Shown here: in pieces, positions 26,754-34,903 of the stretch | Position numbering within the stretch: the stretch's first letter is position 1 | Layout of the letters: every line of letters begins with the position of its first letter | Assembly (NCBI GenBank): GCA_963633095.1 | Contig: CAVGWP010000001.1 | Location: 283 to 64,282 of the forward strand | DNA from: a bacterium | Lineage (GTDB): Bacteria; Bacillota; Clostridia; Oscillospirales; Acutalibacteraceae | Direction of reading: 5' to 3' | DNA length: 64,000 nt | The notes under the pieces: generated by a model | Databases searched by the model: none | What the model saw: only the letters and a program-made list of their open reading frames with translations | What the model was told of the DNA's origin: nothing | Translations under genes and position numbers: made by a program

Positions 26754-27559
26754 TAAATATCTTCTCCGTTTTCTTCAAATTCTTCATACACACCGAACTT
26801 TCTGAAACGCTCATATCTTCTTGCGACCAGAAGCTCATCGGGCAGCGAGCAAAGCTTGCGAAGATCGCTCTTCAGCTGCTTTGAAAGCTCGCCGCACATT
26901 TTGTCGAAATGTGCGAAATCCTCGGGGATAACAGATTCCGCAACACCAAAACGATACATATCGTCTGCAGTGATATGCAGACAGTCGGCGGCTTCGTGAA
27001 CCTTGGAAGAGTCTTTCCAAAGTATGCTGGCGCACCCTTCCGGGGATATGACGGAGTACACCGAATTTTCAAGCATATAAACGCGGTCTGCCGCGCAAAG
27101 TGCGAGTGCTCCACCGGAGCCTCCCTCACCTATTATAACTGAGATCGTGGGCGTGCGTAAGCCGATCATTTCCATAATACTCTCGGCGATAGCCTCGCCC
27201 TGTCCGCGCTGTTCGGCGTCTGCACCGCAGTATGCGCCGAAGGTGTCAACAAAGCAGATGACCGGACGGTGAAATTTCTCCGCCTGTTTCATCAGTCTCA
27301 GTGCCTTGCGGTATCCCTCAGGCTTCGGACTGCCGAAGTTTGTCTTAATGCGTTCTTCAACCGTCGAGCCTTTCTCTATAGCAATAAAGGTAACAGGAGT
27401 TTCCGAGAGCTTGCCGATACCCGAATAAATAGCACTGTCGTCACCGAAACGACGGTCGCCGTGCAGCTCGATCACATCGGTGAGCACCTTGTTCACATAC
27501 TCTTTGCCTGTCGGTCTGCCGCTCTTGCGGACAGTTTTGAGCTTTTCGTAAGCAGTCAT
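26753..27559 (-). CDS. accA: Acetyl-CoA carboxylase carboxyltransferase subunit alpha
   Basis: 268 aa. The motif run RPTGKEY...FIAIEKG...GAYCGADAEQRGQGEAIA...GEGGSGGALA is typical of AccA. Confidence 0.92.
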   Translation of the reverse strand: MTAYEKLKTVRKSGRPTGKEYVNKVLTDVIELHGDRRFGDDSAIYSGIGKLSETPVTFIAIEKGSTVEERIKTNFGSPKPEGYRKALRLMKQAEKFHRPVICFVDTFGAYCGADAEQRGQGEAIAESIMEMIGLRTPTISVIIGEGGSGGALALCAADRVYMLENSVYSVISPEGCASILWKDSSKVHEAADCLHITADDMYRFGVAESVIPEDFAHFDKMCGELSKQLKSDLRKLCSLPDELLVARRYERFRKFGVYEEFEENGEDI

Positions 27560-28383
27560 ATCAACTTACCTCCTTCGTGCAGCTTGAGCACGCGCACGAG
27601 CGTTTCGCGCTGGTCTTTTCTTTCGACAATACCGTCGATAAAGCCGTGCTCCAGCAGAAATTCCGAGGTCTGAAAATTGTCCGGCAGTGCTTCTTTTGTG
27701 GTCTGCTCAACAACTCTGCGTCCCGCAAAACCGACAAGTGCTCTCGGCTCTGCAAAAATAATGTCGCCCTGCATTGCAAACGAAGCGGTAACGCCGCCTG
27801 TTGTCGGGTCGGTCAGCACGGTTATATAAAGATTGCCGTGCTCGCTGTGACGCTTAACGGCGGCAGAGCATTTCGCCATCTGCATAAGCGAAATAACGCC
27901 CTCCTGCATTCTTGCGCCGCCGGACGCCGTGAACCCGATAACGGGCAGACTGTTCTGATCGGCATATTCAAACGCTCTTGTTATCTTCTCGCCCACGACC
28001 GAGCCCATGCTCGCCATAATGTAGCGCGAATCCATAATGAAGATAACGCATCTCACACCGCCGACTTCAGCCTCTCCGCAGATAACGCCTTCGTCCTCTC
28101 CGGTCACTTCGTCAGCTTTTTCGAGCTTTTCCTTGTAGCGGGGAAACTCAAGAAAATCGACCGAATGCAGCCCTGTTGCAAACTCTTTAAAGCTGTCCTT
28201 ATCGCAGATCATATTGATCCTTGCTCTCGGATGAATGCGAAGCAGCTTGCCGCATTCAGGGCAGGTGTAGAAATTGCCGACAACCTTCGATTTTTCTATC
28301 TGTGCCTTGCAAACAGGGCAGACACGGATGTTGTTCGGATTTTTTAAGGCGTTCATCACCTTATCCTTGCCGGGGAATAGCAT
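27556..28383 (-). CDS. accD: Acetyl-CoA carboxylase carboxyltransferase subunit beta
   Basis: N-terminal Zn ribbon CPVCK...CPECG, then a carboxyltransferase fold (GGARMQEG). Start is set at the ATG 8 nt after AAAGGA (28383). ATG 28392 is possible. Confidence 0.9.
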   Translation of the reverse strand: MLFPGKDKVMNALKNPNNIRVCPVCKAQIEKSKVVGNFYTCPECGKLLRIHPRARINMICDKDSFKEFATGLHSVDFLEFPRYKEKLEKADEVTGEDEGVICGEAEVGGVRCVIFIMDSRYIMASMGSVVGEKITRAFEYADQNSLPVIGFTASGGARMQEGVISLMQMAKCSAAVKRHSEHGNLYITVLTDPTTGGVTASFAMQGDIIFAEPRALVGFAGRRVVEQTTKEALPDNFQTSEFLLEHGFIDGIVERKDQRETLVRVLKLHEGGKLI

Positions 28384-28396
28384 GGTTTTCATCCTT

Positions 28397-28825
28397 TCAC
28401 ATTTTGTCGTTTGGCACGACGGCAAACGAGAACTCTCCGCTGACGCACAGCTTGCCGTCAACATAGCCCTTGCCCTCGCAGAAGTAAAACACACTCTTTT
28501 TTCTTGTTATTTTGCACTCTGTTTCAAAAGTATCGCCGGGTTTAACGGGGCTTTTGAATTTAACATTATTCAGCGCGGTGAACAGCGTTGTAACATCTTT
28601 ACCGCCCGCTTCATCGGCAAGCAGCACGCAGGTGGACTGCGCCATTATCTCGCAGAGAATAACGCCGGGAACTATCGGGTTGCCGGGGAAATGTCCGTTT
28701 AGGAAAAACTCATCGCCGCGGATCAGCTTTTTGCCGTGAGCCACACCGTCTTCAACATAAGCCTCGTCTATAAGAAGCATATCGTCTCTGTGCGGCAGAA
28801 TGTTCATTATCTCGGATCTGTCCAT
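28397..28825 (-). CDS. fabZ: 3-hydroxyacyl-ACP dehydratase
   Basis: 142 aa hot-dog fold with LPHRDDMLLID and GHFPGNPIVPGVI. Confidence 0.93.
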   Translation of the reverse strand: MDRSEIMNILPHRDDMLLIDEAYVEDGVAHGKKLIRGDEFFLNGHFPGNPIVPGVILCEIMAQSTCVLLADEAGGKDVTTLFTALNNVKFKSPVKPGDTFETECKITRKKSVFYFCEGKGYVDGKLCVSGEFSFAVVPNDKM

Positions 28826-28827
28826 AT

Positions 28828-30057
28828 TCAGTCCTCCGCCTTTTTAAAAGCAACGCAGGCGTTATGTCCGCCGAAGCCGAGTGATGTGGAGATCGCGGTG
28901 TCGATCTTCGTGCTTACCGCTTTGCAGGGCGTGTAGTCGAGATCGAGCTCGGGATCCGGAGATAAAAGATTTATTGTCGGCGGAACCTTATCTTCTCTGA
29001 GCGCGAAGATGCAGGCAATAGCCTCCGCTGCGCCTGCCGCGCCGAGCATATGGCCCGTCATCGACTTTGTGGAGCTGATATGCAGCTTGTATGCATCATC
29101 GCCGAAGGCAAGCTTCAGCGCCTTTGTTTCGGCGGCGTCGTTGAGCGCGGTGCCTGTTCCGTGTGCGTTGACATAGGTAGTCGCAGCGTCAAATTCCACA
29201 CCCTTTAAAGCGGCTGTAACGCTCTTTGCGGTATATTCCGCGTCGGGCGACGGAGCTGTGACATGATAAGCGTCGCAGGTCGCACCGTAGCCTACGACTT
29301 CGGCATAGATCTTGGCGCCTCTTTTTAAAGCGTGATCTCTGTCCTCAAGAATGAGAGCGGCAGCGCCCTCGCCGAGAACAAAACCGCCTCTGCGGCTGTC
29401 AAACGGCAGGCTCGCTTCATTCGGATCGTCCGCATGGGTGAGCGCGGTGCAGTTGATAAAGCCCGAAGCCGTGAGCGGATTTATCGCCGCCTCCGAGCCT
29501 CCTGCGACCGCCGCGGTGAGATAACCGTCCTTGATCGCGCGGTATGCTTCGCCGATAGCGGTAGTGCCTGTCGCGCAGGCGGTGGACATTGACATCGCCG
29601 CGCCGTGCGCTTTAAGTCTTATTGCTATCTGACCTGCCGCAATGTTGATTATCATTTTCGGCACAAAAAGAGGGCTGACCTTTCTTGTTCCGCCGGAAAG
29701 CAGCTTTTCATGCTCCTCGCAAAGCGTATTGATACCGCCGACGCCCGAGCCGAAATAAACGCCGAACTCGTTTTCATCGATGTTGTTTTCAATAGCACTG
29801 TCCTCATAAGCTTCGACCGCACTGCACAGCGCATACTGCGTGTAGAGATCGGTCTTTCTGATCGTCGGTTTTTCGAGCACTCCCGTCGGATCGAAGTTTT
29901 TCACTTCACCCGCGACGGTGCTCTTGTAGCCCTCGGTGTCGAACTTAGTTATCTTAGAGATACCGTTCACACCTTCAAACAACGCCTTTTCATAATCCTT
30001 CGCATTGTTGCCGATAGGTGTTATCGCTCCGATACCGGTAACGACTACTCTGCCCAT
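28828..30057 (-). CDS. fabF: Beta-ketoacyl-ACP synthase II
   Basis: 409 aa. Active-site Cys context (STACATG) and the His-His motifs (HVTAP, AHGTGT). Confidence 0.95.
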   Translation of the reverse strand: MGRVVVTGIGAITPIGNNAKDYEKALFEGVNGISKITKFDTEGYKSTVAGEVKNFDPTGVLEKPTIRKTDLYTQYALCSAVEAYEDSAIENNIDENEFGVYFGSGVGGINTLCEEHEKLLSGGTRKVSPLFVPKMIINIAAGQIAIRLKAHGAAMSMSTACATGTTAIGEAYRAIKDGYLTAAVAGGSEAAINPLTASGFINCTALTHADDPNEASLPFDSRRGGFVLGEGAAALILEDRDHALKRGAKIYAEVVGYGATCDAYHVTAPSPDAEYTAKSVTAALKGVEFDAATTYVNAHGTGTALNDAAETKALKLAFGDDAYKLHISSTKSMTGHMLGAAGAAEAIACIFALREDKVPPTINLLSPDPELDLDYTPCKAVSTKIDTAISTSLGFGGHNACVAFKKAED

Positions 30058-30084
30058 ATTATCGTTCTCCTTCCTGCCATGCGG

Positions 30085-30819
30085 TCACATATTCATGCCG
30101 CCGTCTATCCTTATGCACTGTCCTGTGATATAGTTTGCCTTGTCGCTCGCAAGGAACGCAATAAGCTCTGCCGCTTCCTGCGGTTCGCCGAACCTTTTGA
30201 GCGGTATCGCCGCTTTAAGCTCTTCGTTGTCTTTAAAAGCGGCTGTCATATCGGTCGAGATAAAGCCGGGAGCGACTGCATTGACGCAGACTCCTCTTGC
30301 CGCAAGCTCTCTTGCGAGCGACTTTGTAAGACCGATAACGCCGGCTTTTGAAGCACTGTAATTGACCTGACCGGCATTGCCGAGCGTTCCCGCGACCGAG
30401 CTTAAATTGATGATCTTTCCGCTGCGCTGTTTCATCATCGGGCGGTAGACCTGCTTTATCGTGTTGAATGTGCCCTTGAGGTTAACATCCAAAACGCTCT
30501 CGAAATCATCGGGAGTCATTTTGAGCACAAGCGTGTCCTTGGTGATACCGGCGCAGTTGACAAGTATATCGACTGTCTGAAAATCGGCATAGATCTTTTT
30601 GAAAGTCTCGCTGACTTCATCGAAGTCGGCAACATTGCATTTATACGCCTGCGATCTGACGCCGAACTGCTCCGCCTTTGAGGTGACATCGTCGGCGGCT
30701 TTATCGTTGCTCGCGTAGATAACAGCGACATTACAGCCGTTTTGCATAAACACTTCGGCAGTCGCCGCACCGATACCTCTTGAGCCGCCTGTTATGACTG
30801 CTGTTTTGTTTTTAAGCAT
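30085..30819 (-). CDS. fabG: 3-oxoacyl-ACP reductase
   Basis: SDR with TGGSRGIG and YSASKAG, in the fabG position within the operon. Confidence 0.92.
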   Translation of the reverse strand: MLKNKTAVITGGSRGIGAATAEVFMQNGCNVAVIYASNDKAADDVTSKAEQFGVRSQAYKCNVADFDEVSETFKKIYADFQTVDILVNCAGITKDTLVLKMTPDDFESVLDVNLKGTFNTIKQVYRPMMKQRSGKIINLSSVAGTLGNAGQVNYSASKAGVIGLTKSLARELAARGVCVNAVAPGFISTDMTAAFKDNEELKAAIPLKRFGEPQEAAELIAFLASDKANYITGQCIRIDGGMNM

Positions 30820-31732
30820 CGGTGAACACCTCCTTGATTATCTCATCTGCCTGTCTCGGAGTCTCGCAGCTGTATGCCCTGCATTCAGGCGCGATCTTTG
30901 CGATCAGCTTTGTGAGAACATTGCCGACGCCCGTTTCGATAAACGTTTTGACTCCGCTGTCTGCCATAGAGCGGATTATCTTTTCCCATCTCACAGGGTG
31001 ATCTATCTGCGAATGCATAAGCTCTTTGACATCATCGCCGTAAAGCTCGCCTGTGAAATTTGAATAAACCTTCATCGACGGCTTTTTAATATCGTATTTA
31101 TCCAAAGCGGTTTTGAAAAGTCCTGCCGCTTCGGTCATATAAGGCGAGTGAAATCCGCCGCCGACCTTGAGCGGAATAACTCTGCCGCCTGCTGTCTTAA
31201 CATCGCCGGCGAGCAGCGTTATCTGCTGCAAGTCGCCCGCAACGACAGTCTGCGTTTGGCAGTTGTAGTTCACAGGGTAAAGATCATCGTATTTTTCGCA
31301 GAGCTGTTCGACCTTGTCGCTTGTCAGCTTTACTACAGCCGCCATCGAAGCGGGCTTCTTTTTCGCACAGATACCCATGTATCTGCCGCGGTCGCACACG
31401 ATTTTAAAACCTTCTATCGGCGAAAACGCGCCCGAAATGCTCAGTGCGGGAATTTCACCGAGCGAAAAGCCTGCAAGAAGAGAGGGGCTGACGCCTCTTT
31501 TTATAAGATAAAGAGCCGCCGCAATGTCCGCAAGATAAAGTCCGGGCTGAGTGTTCTCTGTGACCTTTAATTCTTCTTCAGAGCCGGAAAACATAATGTC
31601 GAGCGTGCCGGGACGATATTCATCGGCACTTTTGTAAAGCTCTCTTATAACCTCGTCGCAGTCATAAAACTCCTTGCCCATGCCTGCGTGCTGAGCACCC
31701 TGACCCGAAAAAATAAACGCTATTTTATCCAT
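30812..31732 (-). CDS. fabD: Malonyl-CoA:ACP transacylase
   Basis: FSGQGAQ and GFSLGE active-site motifs. Start is ATG 31732 (MDKIAFIFSGQGAQ). Confidence 0.93.
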   Translation of the reverse strand: MDKIAFIFSGQGAQHAGMGKEFYDCDEVIRELYKSADEYRPGTLDIMFSGSEEELKVTENTQPGLYLADIAAALYLIKRGVSPSLLAGFSLGEIPALSISGAFSPIEGFKIVCDRGRYMGICAKKKPASMAAVVKLTSDKVEQLCEKYDDLYPVNYNCQTQTVVAGDLQQITLLAGDVKTAGGRVIPLKVGGGFHSPYMTEAAGLFKTALDKYDIKKPSMKVYSNFTGELYGDDVKELMHSQIDHPVRWEKIIRSMADSGVKTFIETGVGNVLTKLIAKIAPECRAYSCETPRQADEIIKEVFTDA

Positions 31733-32673
31733 TTTGAGCTTGCCTCCGATAAAAGTTTTTCGCATTCTTTTGCCGTGCCGTGAACGATCTCTTCGGCAGT
31801 TCTTTCCTCTTTTATCATGCCGCTTACCTGACCTGCGAGGAAGCAGCCATCTTTCAGATCACCGTCTAAAACCGCCTTTCTGAGCGAGCCTACACCCAGC
31901 TCGTTTATTGTTTCGGCGGTGGTCTCAGGCGCATATTCGATCTTCAAAAAGTTGCGAGTGAACGCATTTTTGATACTGCGGCAGCTGCTGCCCATGAATC
32001 TGCGGCCTGTCTGAACAGTTGAAATATCGGAAGCCTTCAAAACCATGTCCTTATAGTTCTGATGAACATTACATTCCTTTGCAACCAAAAACGCCGTGCC
32101 CATCTGCACACCGCAAGCACCGAGCATAAACGCCGCCGCCATACCTCTGCCGTCGGCAATGCCTCCTGCGGCAATAACGGGAATGTCCACAGCGTCTGCG
32201 ATCTGAGGTACCATAGGCATAGTTGTCAACTCGCCGATATGTCCGCCCGATTCCTGACCTTCTGCGATAATAGCGTCTGCTCCGGAGCGTTCCATTTTCT
32301 TCGCCATAGCCACAGAAGCGATGACCGGAATAACGGTGATACCTGCGGCTTTCCAGCTTTCAATGTATTTCGAGGGGTTTCCCGCTCCTGTTGTGACAAC
32401 GCGAACACCGCTTTTTGCGATTATCTCGGCGACCTCGTCGGCGTGAGGGCTCTGAAGCATTACATTAACGCCGAACGGCTTATCTGTCAGACTTTTTGTG
32501 AGAGCGATCTGCTCTTTAAGATAGTCCGCGCCTGCATTCATTGCCGAGATAATACCGAGTCCGCCCGCGTTTGAAACCGCCGCGGCAAGAGAGCCGTCAG
32601 CGATCCACGCCATACCGCCCTGAAGTATCGGATACTCGATACCGAGCATATCACAAAGCTTAGATTTAAGCAT
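31720..32673 (-). CDS. fabK: Enoyl-ACP reductase II (FMN-dependent, NMO family)
   Basis: 317 aa with the QGGMAW motif and a TIM-barrel flavoprotein pattern, in the fabK position between acpP and fabD. Confidence 0.9.
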   Translation of the reverse strand: MLKSKLCDMLGIEYPILQGGMAWIADGSLAAAVSNAGGLGIISAMNAGADYLKEQIALTKSLTDKPFGVNVMLQSPHADEVAEIIAKSGVRVVTTGAGNPSKYIESWKAAGITVIPVIASVAMAKKMERSGADAIIAEGQESGGHIGELTTMPMVPQIADAVDIPVIAAGGIADGRGMAAAFMLGACGVQMGTAFLVAKECNVHQNYKDMVLKASDISTVQTGRRFMGSSCRSIKNAFTRNFLKIEYAPETTAETINELGVGSLRKAVLDGDLKDGCFLAGQVSGMIKEERTAEEIVHGTAKECEKLLSEASSKWIK

Positions 32674-32687
32674 ATCAATACACCCGA

Positions 32688-32912
32688 TTACTTGCTGAGC
32701 TCGTCAACGGCGCTGCAAAGCTCGCCGATAGTCTCAAAGGAAGCGTCGTCGCCGAATGAAACGCCGAAATCGTCTTCGATCTGCATTGTGATCTCAACAA
32801 CATCAAGCGAATCCAGACCGAGCTGTTCGATAGTGGAATCCTGCTTGATCTCTGCCTTGTCGATGTCTGCGTGCTCCGAAATGATGTCAGCGATTTTCTC
32901 AAAAGTAGTCAT
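32688..32912 (-). CDS. acpP: Acyl carrier protein
   Basis: 74 aa with the phosphopantetheine site LGLDSLD. Confidence 0.95.
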   Translation of the reverse strand: MTTFEKIADIISEHADIDKAEIKQDSTIEQLGLDSLDVVEITMQIEDDFGVSFGDDASFETIGELCSAVDELSK

Positions 32913-32969
32913 AAGTTTTATCTCCTTAAAATAAAAATATTTATTTAAGCCTTTCGGCGTAAATTCGAT

Positions 32970-33923
32970 TTACCATTTGATAAGGCAGGCGCCGTTTGAA
33001 AGGCCGCCGCCGAACGCGCACATAATAATAAGGTCGCCTTTTTCGAGCTTGTGCCCGCGGTTTATCTCGTCCAGTGCGATCGGGATAGACGCACTCGATG
33101 TGTTGCCGTAGCGATCGATATTAAGGCAGAACTTTTCATGCGGAATACCGAGCCTTTTCGCCGCAAAATCGATAATGCGCGAGTTTGCCTGATGCGGTAC
33201 GATATATTTGATATCGTCTTTGGTAAGACCGTTGTTCTGCAGCAGATAGTTTATATCGTTGCAAATTGCATTGACCGCGTATTTGAAGGTCTCCTGTCCC
33301 TGCATGTGGATATACGGCGTGTCCTGCTCGACAGTGTAAAACGGCGAGCAGCCTATCGCGTGCGGAATGTTTATAACATCGTTGCCGCCGTGGACGGTCA
33401 GAGTCGAGTCGAGATAACCGTCGCCTGCGGTGAGCACAGCTGCGCCGGCACCGTCGCCGAAGATAATGCAGGTCGAGCGGTCGGTCCAGTCCACAATGCC
33501 CGAAAGGCGTTCCGCACCTACAACAAGCACATTTTTAACCTTGCCTCTCGCAAAAAAACCAGCGGCTGTTTCAAGCAAAAACAGAAAAGCAGAACAAGCT
33601 GCATTGACTTCATAAGCACAGCATTCAGCACCGATCTTTTGCTGGATCATGCATGCGACCGAGGGCGATACCGATTCGCCGCTGACGGTGGACGCGATGA
33701 TAAGATCGAGGTCGTCAACTGTGATTCCGGCGTTTTCAATAGCTCTCATTGCGGCTTTTGCGCCGAGGTCAGAGGTGTTCTCGTCGGTGCAGACTCTGCG
33801 CTGTGCAATGCCGACTCTCTGGCGTATCCATTCGTCGTTTGTTTCGACCATTGTGGAAAGTTCATCGTTTGTGACAATTCTCTCGGGAACATACATACCT
33901 GTTCCGATAATGCGAAAACTCAT
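32970..33923 (-). CDS. fabH: Beta-ketoacyl-ACP synthase III
   Basis: 317 aa with the Cys-His-Asn contexts (NAACSAF, VPHQANSRI, GNTSSASIP). Confidence 0.95.
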   Translation of the reverse strand: MSFRIIGTGMYVPERIVTNDELSTMVETNDEWIRQRVGIAQRRVCTDENTSDLGAKAAMRAIENAGITVDDLDLIIASTVSGESVSPSVACMIQQKIGAECCAYEVNAACSAFLFLLETAAGFFARGKVKNVLVVGAERLSGIVDWTDRSTCIIFGDGAGAAVLTAGDGYLDSTLTVHGGNDVINIPHAIGCSPFYTVEQDTPYIHMQGQETFKYAVNAICNDINYLLQNNGLTKDDIKYIVPHQANSRIIDFAAKRLGIPHEKFCLNIDRYGNTSSASIPIALDEINRGHKLEKGDLIIMCAFGGGLSNGACLIKW

Positions 33924-34039
33924 TTTTATCGTCCTTTCAAAAAGCGGCTGAAACTCTTGCAGTTATTGTGCCGCTGCCGTGCCAAAAGTATCCTACATAA
34001 GATTAGTGTCGCCCGATATTGAAAAGTTACAAAAAATCG

Positions 34040-34067
34040 TTGAAAAAATTTTTAAATGCGTTATAAT
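34040..34067 (+). promoter_or_regulatory. Near-consensus sigma-A promoter firing into the 0.85-kb non-coding tract
   Basis: TTGAAA, 16-nt spacer, TATAAT. It is divergent from fabH, and no ORF with an RBS follows until 34904. Confidence 0.55.
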
Positions 34068-34118
34068 CTTAAGTGCAGATACATATTGCCATCGGCAATA
34101 TGCATTTCGGAATTGCCG
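34065..34118 (+). repeat. Direct repeat family 1, copy 1 (54 nt)
   Basis: AATCTTAAGTGCAGATACATATTGCCATCGGCAATATGCATTTCGGAATTGCCG. It is 54/54 identical to 34218-34271 and contains the palindrome ACATATTGCC-ATC-GGCAATATGC. Confidence 0.95.
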
Positions 34119-34217
34119 GAAGCAATTCCGACGGGAGCTGTCGCTCCCTCCTGCACAGCTTGCAATCTGTCGCAGGCTTTGCTCCTTGCAAGCAAAGCAA
34201 AGCCTTGCTCCGATTTA

Positions 34218-34271
34218 AATCTTAAGTGCAGATACATATTGCCATCGGCAATATGCATTTCGGAATTGCCG
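34218..34271 (+). repeat. Direct repeat family 1, copy 2 (54 nt)
   Basis: Identical to 34065-34118, with a 153-nt period. Confidence 0.95.
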
Positions 34272-34341
34272 ACCATTGCCATGGTGGGCAGGACGCGGGA
34301 AGCTTGTGCAGTGGGTAGCCTTTTGTACCCGACCAGTAGTT

Positions 34342-34414
34342 GGGTTCTTGTCGAGCATTAAAGGTTAGTAAATATGATAGCCGACCACGGCAGAGCAACT
34401 TTGTTGCCCCGACA
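34342..34414 (+). repeat. Direct repeat family 2, copy A (about 73 nt)
   Basis: GGTTCTTGTCGAGCATTAAAGGTT...AGCCGACCACGGCAGAGCAACTTTGTTGCCCCGACA. The 36-nt core (34379-34414) is identical to 34748-34783. Weaker similarity extends about 40 nt upstream (34304-34343 versus 34671-34715). Confidence 0.9.
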
Positions 34415-34715
34415 TTCGGCTATGCACAGAAAAGGCTCCCTAGTGTAAAGGGTTACTCCCCACGGTGCGGGGAGATGTCACGAAGTGACAGAGGGGACGG
34501 GCTCCGGTACACAGCTGTCAGCGACAGCTGACTGAGGGATTGTTATATAGTTGTCATATTGTATGACAACCCCTCCGAGACTTATTTGACAACCCCTCCG
34601 TCAAAACCTTGTTTTGCCACCTCCCCTTACACAGGGGAGGCTTTGCAGCACAGCTGCTTTGACGCGGAGAGTTTGTGCGGTGGGATACATACTATGCCCG
34701 ACAAACGGTAATCCG

Positions 34716-34783
34716 AATGTCGAGCATTTAAAGTTAAACAATATGGCAGCCGACCACGGCAGAGCAACTTTGTTGCCCCGACA
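34716..34783 (+). repeat. Direct repeat family 2, copy B
   Basis: GAATGTCGAGCATTTAAAGTT...AGCCGACCACGGCAGAGCAACTTTGTTGCCCCGACA. Confidence 0.9.
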
Positions 34784-34790
34784 AGAAGAT

Positions 34791-34860
34791 AGGTTCTTGT
34801 CGAGCATTGAAAGTTGGATAAGATGATATCCGACCACGGCATAGCAACTTCGTTGCCGGC
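34791..34860 (+). repeat. Direct repeat family 2, copy C (diverged)
   Basis: AGGTTCTTGTCGAGCATTGAAAGTT...CCGACCACGGCATAGCAACTTCGTTGCCGGC, in tandem with copy B. Confidence 0.85.
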
Positions 34861-34903
34861 ATAGCAGCTTTGCTGCAAATTTGAGAGGAAAGCGAGGAAT
34901 GAA

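Noticed and set aside
34668-34700. GTGCG at the start of repeat copy B as a possible group II intron 5' end.
   Set aside because: No domain V/VI-like structure, no reverse-transcriptase/maturase ORF and no intron-sized element are present. The pentamer alone is not informative.
34065-34860. Possible CRISPR array, because of the repeated units.
   Set aside because: The repeats belong to two unrelated families of 54 nt and about 70-115 nt. Their spacings are irregular (153, 369 and about 75 nt), and no cas genes are present in the window.
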